A stretch of DNA of 64,000 nucleotides from Sedimentisphaeraceae bacterium JB056. GTDB taxonomy: Bacteria > Planctomycetota > Phycisphaerae > Sedimentisphaerales > Sedimentisphaeraceae. Below the pieces are notes generated by a model, which had not been told where the DNA came from, made no database searches, and was given only the letters and a program-made list of their open reading frames with translations. The stretch lies in the NCBI GenBank assembly GCA_044440125.1, contig JBITAJ010000015.1:224001-288000 (forward strand), written 5' to 3'. This document shows, in pieces, positions 9,369 to 17,623 of the stretch (positions are counted from its first letter, which is position 1; each line of letters starts with the position of its first letter). The position numbers and the translations under genes were made by a program.

Positions 9369-10805
9369 TCAATGCCCACCGGAACCTTCAGACATCTGTT
9401 GACCACTGCTGAAACTGACACCGGAATTCTTTATAAGATGTCCGTCAAGCAGCAGTTCAAGTTCGGTTCTGGCAAGCCAGTAGTTTTGTATTGTCTCTAT
9501 GTAACTTCTTTGAGAGTCGTATTCCATTCTTTTGGCATTAAGCAGATCGAAGACGCCCAGTTGCATTGCATTGTATTGAAGCTGGGTTTCAAGGAATATT
9601 TTTTCGGAAAGAGGGACTATGACTTGTTTGTAGTAGTCGGCCTGCTGTCTGGCGTTTTGAAGCCGGTATCGTGCGGAGCGGCTTGTTGCTCTTATCTCGA
9701 TTGCAAGGGCGGTATATTCGTTCCAGAGTTGCTTTATTTTTGCAGCTCCGGCAGCTTTTCGAGCCTGCCCTGTATCAAAGATGGGTATGCCAATAGCTGC
9801 GGTAGGGCCTATTGACCATGTCCCGTCAGGTTCGCGTTCAGCTTCAATCCCTGTTGCAAGCTCGGGAAATACCAGCGTTGAGATATCAATATCGGTTTGA
9901 GCGGCAACAGCCTCCATTTTTCTGTGAGCTATTATAAGGTCAAGACTGTTTTTTAACGCTGCTTGTTCAATATTCTTTACATCCATTTTATCTGTTGGAA
10001 TATCCGGGAGTTTTTCTTTAGTTTCCCAATTTGTGTTTTTCCCCCACAAACCCATTAATTTATTAAGCTCTTCTCGTTGTTCAAGCATTTTTGTGTGTGA
10101 AGATGTAACTTCTATTTTTGACTGTTCATAGATACTTCGTCTGGCGATGAGTTCAAGTTCGGTTATATTTCCAGCATCTTTCAGGCGTTTGGCAGCCTCG
10201 TAGTATAGACCGGCTGCTTTTGATATCAGCAAATTTGTGTTATATGTCTGAAACGCTCCCTGATATGAGAAGAATGCCATCTGTGCTTGGGAGGCAAGGT
10301 TCATTACTTCGGAAGTTACCATTGCTTTTACAAGGTCGAAATTTGCCTGCTGCCGTTCAACTCTCAAGTCTATAAGAAGGATGTCGAGAAAATCCTGTGC
10401 CGCACCCATTCCCAATATATAGTCGTTGCCAGATCCTTCTACAAACTTTAATGAAGCATCGAAAACAGGGTTTTTGAGCAGTCCTGCCTGTACCAGTCGG
10501 GCCTGAGCAACACCCAGCCGCTCATAAAATGCCTGTATTTTGGGGTTATTCAGCAAGGCAATTTGTACCGCCTGATCGGCAGTTATGCTTCCTTTGAGCA
10601 TTTTCTGTACTTTTTGCTCAACAGCTTTATCTTCTTTGCTTTGCGTATTCCAGCTTATGTAATGGCCCGTTCGCCCGTATATATCCTTTTGTATATCACT
10701 GAACGCAGCGGAAGGATCTGTGGATACATCTGAACAGCCCGCGATATAGATAAGCAAAATTAACATTAATGGTTTTGCTATACGCATTAATTTCCTTTCA
10801 TTCAA
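9369..10805 (-). CDS. TolC/OEP-family outer-membrane lipoprotein (copper-oxidase associated type)
   Basis: Lipobox IAGC, 'AVQIALLNNP', 'QAGLLKNP', 'YNAMQLGVFDLL', 'YWLARTEL' and C-terminal GGH. Confidence 0.85.
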   Translation of the reverse strand: MNERKLMRIAKPLMLILLIYIAGCSDVSTDPSAAFSDIQKDIYGRTGHYISWNTQSKEDKAVEQKVQKMLKGSITADQAVQIALLNNPKIQAFYERLGVAQARLVQAGLLKNPVFDASLKFVEGSGNDYILGMGAAQDFLDILLIDLRVERQQANFDLVKAMVTSEVMNLASQAQMAFFSYQGAFQTYNTNLLISKAAGLYYEAAKRLKDAGNITELELIARRSIYEQSKIEVTSSHTKMLEQREELNKLMGLWGKNTNWETKEKLPDIPTDKMDVKNIEQAALKNSLDLIIAHRKMEAVAAQTDIDISTLVFPELATGIEAEREPDGTWSIGPTAAIGIPIFDTGQARKAAGAAKIKQLWNEYTALAIEIRATSRSARYRLQNARQQADYYKQVIVPLSEKIFLETQLQYNAMQLGVFDLLNAKRMEYDSQRSYIETIQNYWLARTELELLLDGHLIKNSGVSFSSGQQMSEGSGGH

Positions 10806-10837
10806 ATAAATAATTTATAGTTGAACTCGACTGGACG

Positions 10838-11038
10838 TTATTTTTTGTTGAATTCCGACGGCTTTTTCGGAATATCGTTACGATCTATAACGAGTTCTGC
10901 CGGTTCAAGGTGCAGGGCAGTCTCCTCGCTGGTTGTAACTGCTGGATGACCTTCACTGGCTTGAGGAACCTCGGCATATCTGCAGCCGTTTAGTGAAAGC
11001 GACAGTAACAACAGCAACGAAATGATAAAATATCTCAT
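10838..11038 (-). CDS. Small lipoprotein, first gene of the TolC/MCO cluster
   Basis: Signal peptide ending LNGC, 'HPA' motif, co-oriented with the cluster. Confidence 0.65.
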   Translation of the reverse strand: MRYFIISLLLLLSLSLNGCRYAEVPQASEGHPAVTTSEETALHLEPAELVIDRNDIPKKPSEFNKK

Positions 11039-11375
11039 AAGTTAATTTTCCTTTCTAATTAATCGTTCTTTCAACTGATTATAAGGGGATTAAGGTCCAT
11101 TTATAATAAGGAGATACCTGAAATCCAGTAATATAAATCCTTACATCAACTGTTTGTCCAATTTTGGGTTTGATATTGCAGTGTAAAAAGATCTATAATT
11201 TTTGAACTTTAACTTAGATTTTATGTAAATATTTGTATCTGCGGGGTTTTTATGGTAGAATTTCGAATCAAAATGATTTTAAGGGGATTCTGGCCGCAAG
11301 ATATTGTGGATTTCAGTGTTCTGTTTTTATATCGATAGTGGACGTTAACAATAATTGAATGGAAAAGTATTTTAG

Positions 11376-13496
11376 ATGAACGAAAATAAACTGAATAAGA
11401 TATTACCTTTATTAATAGTTTTCGGTATTCTCGGCTATTTAGTAGTCCAAAACTGGGAGGTTGCCGGTAATATTATTGTCGCATTGCTTGGTTTTGGTAT
11501 GCTTGTCTTTGTTCATGAGCTTGGGCATTTTCTTGCGGCGAGAAAAAATGATGTTGAATGTGAAGCATTTGCTATCGGTATGGCGATTGGTACGCCGTTT
11601 TTGATTGGCGTTAAAAAGGTTCAAAAAGGATGGAGATTACGAATTCTGCCAAAAACATCCGGTGTTAAGGATGAATTTGCGGAGGATGACTGTCTTGCTA
11701 TGATGAATATCGGTTCAGGTATTGGACAGGGTGACACTGAGTATTGTCTTGGGCCGCTTCCTATTGGCGGATTTGTGAAAATGGTAGGTCAGGATGACAG
11801 TGGTCCTGTTGATCTTGAAAATGATGATAATCCGCGTTCTTTCGCTAACAAGAGCGTTGGTGCAAGGATGATGATAACCTCAGCGGGTGTGCTTGCTAAT
11901 ATATTTACGGCATTTCTGATTTTCCTCGGTCTCGCTTTCTACGGAATAGAAAGAGTTCCGGCGATTGTCGGTGATGTTGTTGATGGTTATCCTGCTGCTG
12001 AGGCAGGTCTGCAGCCTGGAGATGAGATAATTGAGATAGCGGGCAAAAGCCGTATGGTTGGGGGTAAAAGCAATCTGGATTTCACTCATTTGGCATTGGC
12101 TCCGATGCTTGGTAAAAGAGACGAGCCTATCGAAATGAAGGTAAAAAGCCCTGAAGGTGAAATTAGAGAGCTTGCGATTGTACCAGCAGAGATGGTAAAT
12201 GGTAATTATGGTTTTGGTATTGAAAAACCTTCAGTATTGAGACTTGCAAATATCGCTGACGATGATGGATATTATGAAGAAATTGGGCTTAACCCTGATG
12301 ACGAAGTCTATGCCGTCAATGGTGAGCCGGTTACAAGTACAAATGAATTTGACAAAATAGTAGAAGGCATTTGTGCTCAAAGTGTTACAATTTCTGCAAG
12401 AAGAGATATTGTGGGCGAGAATACATTCGAGGCCGTATCAACGGAAATAGAAATGACTTATTCTCCCGGTGTTTTTGAAGATGATAAACTTGGGCTTGCA
12501 AATATCTGTTCTTTGGTGCCGTTGCTCAAAATAGAGGGTGGTCCAGCTATGGCATCAGGAAGTGAAAAAGATCCTGTTACTAACGAAAAATTTGCGGAGG
12601 ATGATCTTATTGTTAAGGTTGGGGATGTTGATTATCCAACTTTCCTTGAGTTTAGAGAGGTCGTCGAATCCTATCGTAATAGACAGATGCCGGTAAAGGT
12701 TTTGAGGAAGGCATCTGATGGTCAGCGAGTATTGGCTGATGTTCTTGTTACTCCAAAGGCGGAAAATAAAGAAGACAGGCCTCTTATTGGTGTATTATTT
12801 AATTTAGATATGTCTGGTAATTTTATCAGCGGAGTTGTTGATTCGCAGACCATACCTGCCGGAGCAAAAATAGTAAGCGTCAATGGTGCGGCTGTCTCTA
12901 ATTTCTTTGATATAGCCAAGTTAGTGAAAGAGGGCGACGAAACTATAGAAGTCGGTTATATTGCAGATGGCTCAGAGGAAATCGCAAATGCTTCTATTGA
13001 GATTGATAAAGCTAAGCCTGTTGAAGTTTCTGGTTCTTTGAAAATGCCGATACCTTTTGATGATTACAGGCGTATGTATAAGGCTGGTAATCCTATTGAG
13101 GCCTTTCAAATGGGCGGATATCTCATACTTGATATGGTGGATCAGGCGGTTTCGAGCTTGAAGGGATTGTTGCTCAAACGTGTTTCTGCTGATGAGATGA
13201 GTGGTCCTGTCGGTATCGCGAGAATAAGCTATAGAATTGTTCAGCAGAGGGATTTGGCGTTTTTCCTTTACTTCCTTGGGATGATAAGTTGTTTCCTTGC
13301 GGTATTCAACTTCCTGCCGATTCCTGTTGTAGACGGCGGATTATTCGTACTTCTTGTGATTGAGAAGATAAAGGGCTCTCCTGTGAGCTTTACAGTCCAA
13401 AAATATCTTGTTTATATTGGACTTGGATTATTGGGCGCATTGTTTATCTTTGTGACGTTCAATGACATATTGAAGATTGCTAAGGGAATGCTCTAA
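11376..13496 (+). CDS. rseP: RIP metalloprotease RseP (site-2 protease, multiple PDZ domains)
   Basis: HELGH, LPIGGFVKM, SGPVGI and FNFLPIPVVDGG motifs. Confidence 0.92.
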   Translation: MNENKLNKILPLLIVFGILGYLVVQNWEVAGNIIVALLGFGMLVFVHELGHFLAARKNDVECEAFAIGMAIGTPFLIGVKKVQKGWRLRILPKTSGVKDEFAEDDCLAMMNIGSGIGQGDTEYCLGPLPIGGFVKMVGQDDSGPVDLENDDNPRSFANKSVGARMMITSAGVLANIFTAFLIFLGLAFYGIERVPAIVGDVVDGYPAAEAGLQPGDEIIEIAGKSRMVGGKSNLDFTHLALAPMLGKRDEPIEMKVKSPEGEIRELAIVPAEMVNGNYGFGIEKPSVLRLANIADDDGYYEEIGLNPDDEVYAVNGEPVTSTNEFDKIVEGICAQSVTISARRDIVGENTFEAVSTEIEMTYSPGVFEDDKLGLANICSLVPLLKIEGGPAMASGSEKDPVTNEKFAEDDLIVKVGDVDYPTFLEFREVVESYRNRQMPVKVLRKASDGQRVLADVLVTPKAENKEDRPLIGVLFNLDMSGNFISGVVDSQTIPAGAKIVSVNGAAVSNFFDIAKLVKEGDETIEVGYIADGSEEIANASIEIDKAKPVEVSGSLKMPIPFDDYRRMYKAGNPIEAFQMGGYLILDMVDQAVSSLKGLLLKRVSADEMSGPVGIARISYRIVQQRDLAFFLYFLGMISCFLAVFNFLPIPVVDGGLFVLLVIEKIKGSPVSFTVQKYLVYIGLGLLGALFIFVTFNDILKIAKGML

Positions 13497-13508
13497 CAGG
13501 AGATTGTT

Positions 13509-14444
13509 TTGGATAAACTTCCCTTTGTATCTGTTGTTGTACCAGTTTATAACTCTGCGGGTTTTATTGAAAAACTTCTTGATAACCTGCTCGCGCAGGA
13601 TTATCCCAAGCATCTGCATGAGATTATAATTGTTGATAATCATTCCAGGGATAACACAAAAGACATAATAGGGAAATATCCATTCATTCTTGCTGAAGAA
13701 AATGAAATTCAGAGTTCTTACGCGGCAAGAAATAAGGGCTTGGAGATTGCCAAAGGTGAGGTTGTTGCCTTTACTGACGCGGATTGTCAGCCTTTGGTAG
13801 AATGGCTGTCTGAGGGAGTGAGGACTTTGCTCGACAGCAATGCCGATGTGGTTGCAGGTAACGTGAAATTTATATATTCAGAGAAACCTACAGCCGCAGA
13901 GATTTATGATTCCATTACTCACATGCAGATGGAGTCGGAAGTCAAAGAGAAGGGGGTTGCGCCTACAGCAAACTTATTTATCAAGCGTGAGATGTTTGAA
14001 AAAATAGGCGTGTTTGACAGTCGTGTTAAGTCTGGCGGAGACGTGCAGTGGACACGAAAAGCTACAACAAGCGGCTATCAACTTGTATATTCTGAGAAAG
14101 CTGCTGTGAAACACCCAACGCGAAATTTGGCTCAATTCACAAAAAAGGTTATGCGTACAGGCGCTGGCAGAATCCATGCAAGATTAGCAGCAGGGCATTC
14201 TGTCATACACGAGTTTTTTTATACACCATATGCGATATTTTTCAAGATTCATCTTAATAAGGATATGCTTAAAAGACGTTTTGAAGAACGAGGTTTGAGC
14301 CAGAGAGAGGTTCGGTTCTGGAAAGTATGCAGTGTCGGTCTGTTCACTAATTTTATTTCTCATGTGGCAACTCTTGTTGAATTTTTCCGTATTTTTCCGC
14401 TGATACTTTGCAAGAAGTATAAGGTTCGCAAGCATGAAAAATAG
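13509..14444 (+). CDS. Glycosyltransferase family 2
   Basis: VSVVVPVYN, IVDNHS, ARNKG, FTDADC. Confidence 0.9.
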   Translation: MDKLPFVSVVVPVYNSAGFIEKLLDNLLAQDYPKHLHEIIIVDNHSRDNTKDIIGKYPFILAEENEIQSSYAARNKGLEIAKGEVVAFTDADCQPLVEWLSEGVRTLLDSNADVVAGNVKFIYSEKPTAAEIYDSITHMQMESEVKEKGVAPTANLFIKREMFEKIGVFDSRVKSGGDVQWTRKATTSGYQLVYSEKAAVKHPTRNLAQFTKKVMRTGAGRIHARLAAGHSVIHEFFYTPYAIFFKIHLNKDMLKRRFEERGLSQREVRFWKVCSVGLFTNFISHVATLVEFFRIFPLILCKKYKVRKHEK

Positions 14445-15435
14445 ATTAACTATATCAGCCGTTATCCCTGCTTATAATAATGGCAAATATATATCGAGGG
14501 CTATAGAGAGTGTGTTGTCGCAGACTTATCCTGTTTGTGAGGTTATTGTTGTTGACGATGGCTCTACAGATGAGACAAAAGCCGTTGTAGCCGAATTTGG
14601 TGATCAGGTACGTTATATTTATAAGGAAAATGGAGGAGCAAGCTCTGCGAGAAATGCCGGAATAATGGCAGCAAAAGGAGAATGGATAGCTTTTCTTGAT
14701 AGTGATGATCAGTGGCTTGAAAACAGAGTTAATGACCAGGTCGAATTATTGAGTAGGAATCCATCATTGAACTGGGTATGTTCGAATTATATTACTTGCT
14801 TGTGTCTTAATGGACAACAGTCCCCGTATAATCCTGTTAGAAAAGTTGATCGCATACTTAATGGATCGGAAAGCATAAACTATTACAATGCTTTTATAAA
14901 TGGAATTCTTACTTGGACAGGTACTATGCTTATAAAGCGTAGTACGCTGGTTGAATCTGGCTGTTTTGATCCGGACTTGAGAGTAGGTGAGGATCTTGAT
15001 ATGTGGTGGAGGATTGCATGCCGGTGGCCTGAAATTGGTGTTGTTGCTGAGCCCGGTGCCATTTATCATATGCAGGTTGAAGGCAGTATAACAAAGGCAA
15101 AATTTCCTGCTGCTCTTTATTGTGAACTTATACTGAGGCATCGTGGAATTGCCGAGGAATATGGCCATAGGCCGGAATTTGATAAAATGGCCTCTTTTAT
15201 GGTAAAGAGATGGCTTAGGTCAATGCTGCTTCACCGACAGAGAGCAGATGACGTGCGATTTTTGCTTTCTGAATTAAAAGTGGTGATACCTTTATGGTAC
15301 CAAATCCTTATCCGTACCGCAGTTTTTTGGCCACATGGAACAGAGTCTTTGCTGAGATCAATTTCACGTTTTTTGCGTTTGACCAAGCTGAGAAAGCGTT
15401 TGGTGCCGCCTCCGGATAAAATGAATAGGAAATAA
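14434..15435 (+). CDS. Glycosyltransferase family 2
   Basis: VIPAYN, VVDDGSTD, ARNAG, FLDSDD, GEDLD. Confidence 0.9.
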   Translation: MKNRLTISAVIPAYNNGKYISRAIESVLSQTYPVCEVIVVDDGSTDETKAVVAEFGDQVRYIYKENGGASSARNAGIMAAKGEWIAFLDSDDQWLENRVNDQVELLSRNPSLNWVCSNYITCLCLNGQQSPYNPVRKVDRILNGSESINYYNAFINGILTWTGTMLIKRSTLVESGCFDPDLRVGEDLDMWWRIACRWPEIGVVAEPGAIYHMQVEGSITKAKFPAALYCELILRHRGIAEEYGHRPEFDKMASFMVKRWLRSMLLHRQRADDVRFLLSELKVVIPLWYQILIRTAVFWPHGTESLLRSISRFLRLTKLRKRLVPPPDKMNRK

Positions 15436-15536
15436 ATTTAATCTCGCTATTTAGGCTAACCCCTCTTTTGATGCATTAAACCGCTTTTTGTTGAGATATA
15501 ATGATAAAAAAATGAAAAAGAAGCGAAATTTTCAAC

Positions 15537-15566
15537 AAAAGACTTGCTGAGCGGAAGTCTTTTTTG
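15537..15566. terminator. Inverted repeat, probable intrinsic terminator after rseP-GT2 operon
   Basis: AAAAGACTT-N9-AAGTCTTTT followed by T's. Confidence 0.45.
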
Positions 15567-15652
15567 TATAGTGGTTTACAAGATAAAGTTTTATAGTTTA
15601 AGAAGTCAATAGAAATAGGTATGTCTCAAGGTTGCGTAGGCAAGAGGTTATA

Positions 15653-15940
15653 ATGTCAACAGTAACAAAAAAAGAATTGATCGATAGAATTGCGGATTCC
15701 ACTCAGGAGAAGAGAATAGTTGTTAAGAAGGTTGTTCAGACATTTCTCGATGAGATTATTGATGAACTTTCTAAGAATAACAGACTTGAGTTCAGGGATT
15801 TTGGTGTTTTTGAGACTCGTGAAAGAGCATCTCGTATGGCACAGAATCCTAAGACACTTGAAAGAGTGCAAGTTCCTTCCAAACGTACAGTTAAGTTCAA
15901 AATGGGCAGGCTTATGAAGGTTAAGGTTGGCGGCGAATAA
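15653..15940 (+). CDS. HU/IHF family DNA-binding protein
   Basis: TKKELI, LEFRDFGVF, RMAQNPKT, VKFKMG. ATG 15653 follows GAGG. Confidence 0.93.
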   Translation: MSTVTKKELIDRIADSTQEKRIVVKKVVQTFLDEIIDELSKNNRLEFRDFGVFETRERASRMAQNPKTLERVQVPSKRTVKFKMGRLMKVKVGGE

Positions 15941-16079
15941 ATTTCGTTTGCTAACGATAGTTTCATAAAATACAAATAAATTTTGTACAAGCCTTTAAAA
16001 AGACCGCCTTTCTGATATAATGTTGAACGGTGGTTTTTTTATTGAAATATTTAACTGTAATCACAAGTAAGGGTGTCAA

Positions 16080-16286
16080 ATGTCAACTGGTGAAGTAATC
16101 TGGTTTGACAAGACGAAGGGCTACGGCTTCATTGCGGTTGAAGGCAGTCAGGATGTTTTCGTGCATCATTCCACGATTTCATCTGACGTGGCTAAAAGCC
16201 TTAAAACCGGCGTGAAGGTGTCTTTCGATGTCAAGAAAGGTGAGAAAGGTCTCACTGCCAGCGAAGTCTCAGTAATCGTATCATGA
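16080..16286 (+). CDS. Cold-shock protein
   Basis: WFDKTKGYGFI and DVFVH (RNP1/RNP2). Confidence 0.93.
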   Translation: MSTGEVIWFDKTKGYGFIAVEGSQDVFVHHSTISSDVAKSLKTGVKVSFDVKKGEKGLTASEVSVIVS

Positions 16287-16296
16287 ATTGAATTTA

Positions 16297-16340
16297 AGGC
16301 TGCGAGAAGCATTTAATGTTTTTCGCAGCCTATTTTTTTT
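16297..16340 (+). terminator. Rho-independent terminator after csp
   Basis: AGGCTGCGAGAAGCA...TGTTTTTCGCAGCCT hairpin followed by a T8 run. Confidence 0.8.
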
Positions 16341-16464
16341 GAGGCTTACGCTTTAAGGAGAAGGAAAGTCAGCCTTTCATATCCACAGAATACTGCGATA
16401 AATTGATTTCTTAGGCAGATTTTTTGTGGAACGGGGAGTAATCAGCTACTGAATGGGGTATTCT

Positions 16465-17619
16465 ATGAAAAACCGCACTGTACACTATAAGCAATGGGGG
16501 AGCGATATTGAGCCGGAAGCAATAGAGCAGATGGATAGAGCTTGCAGCTTGCCTGTTTCTGTTGCCGGTGCACTTATGGCTGATGCTCATAGTGGATATG
16601 GTCTTCCTATTGGCGGGGTTCTTGCCGTTAGGGATGCGGTTATTCCTTATGCTGTCGGTGTTGATATTGCCTGCCGAATGAAGATGACTGTTTTGGATAT
16701 CACGGTTGATATGCTCCAGACACATAGCAAAAGACTGAAGAACGCTCTCTGCAGTGAGACATTATTTGGTGTTGGAGTCAGTTTCAAGAATAAACGTCAG
16801 CACCCGGTTATGGATGAGGACTGGGGATTTTCAAGCTTTATAAGGAAACTTAAAGACAAGGCTTGGAGTCAGCTTGGTACAAGCGGCAGCGGCAACCATT
16901 TTGTCGAGTTTGGAATTTTAGACATACCCAAGGCTGACTTAGGACTTGAAGCGGGTCAATATCTCGCTCTTCTCAGTCATAGCGGAAGTCGTGGCGTTGG
17001 TAATGATATTGCAAAATATTACAGTAATGTGGCTCTGAAATCTCATCCTGAACTATCGGCTCAGCTTTCACATCTTGCATGGCTTGATATGGATAGCTCT
17101 GCAGGGCAAGAGTATTGGAAATCCATGCAGCTTATGGGACTTTATGCATCAGCAAATCACGAGCTGATTCATTCGGCTATTCTTAATAATCTGAACGCAA
17201 ATAAACTTGCTGATATTGAAAATTACCACAATTTTGCATGGGAAGAGATGCATGAAGGCAGAAAGGTAATCGTTCACCGGAAGGGAGCTACACCGGCAGC
17301 GGTAGGGAATATTGGTATTATTCCGGGTTCTATGGCAACGCCGGGTTATGTAGTTCGAGGTAAAGGTAATGCTTTATCAATAAATTCAGCTTCTCATGGT
17401 GCCGGACGTAAAATGAGCAGAAGGAAGGCTAAAAAGCTTTTTAACTGGCATGATGCCAAAAAGTTTTTGGAAGATAGGGGTGTCGAACTTATATCTGCTG
17501 GTCTCGATGAGGTGCCGATGGCTTATAAGGATATAGATGAGGTGATGAAGGCCCAACATGATCTTGTTGAGCCTATCGCCAGATTCGATCCTAAGATAGT
17601 TAGAATGTCATCATCTTAA
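16465..17619 (+). CDS. rtcB: RtcB family RNA ligase
   Basis: DAHSGYGLPIGG, VGVDIACRM, GSGNHF, HSGSRG, HRKGAT, SHGAGR, DEVPMAYK. Start could be 16453. Confidence 0.93.
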   Translation: MKNRTVHYKQWGSDIEPEAIEQMDRACSLPVSVAGALMADAHSGYGLPIGGVLAVRDAVIPYAVGVDIACRMKMTVLDITVDMLQTHSKRLKNALCSETLFGVGVSFKNKRQHPVMDEDWGFSSFIRKLKDKAWSQLGTSGSGNHFVEFGILDIPKADLGLEAGQYLALLSHSGSRGVGNDIAKYYSNVALKSHPELSAQLSHLAWLDMDSSAGQEYWKSMQLMGLYASANHELIHSAILNNLNANKLADIENYHNFAWEEMHEGRKVIVHRKGATPAAVGNIGIIPGSMATPGYVVRGKGNALSINSASHGAGRKMSRRKAKKLFNWHDAKKFLEDRGVELISAGLDEVPMAYKDIDEVMKAQHDLVEPIARFDPKIVRMSSS

Positions 17620-17623
17620 TTAT

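Noticed and set aside
16341..16464. Possible sigma54 promoter or lost N-terminal extension of rtcB
   Set aside because: TGGAAC lacks a properly spaced TTGC, and there is an in-frame stop at 16450.
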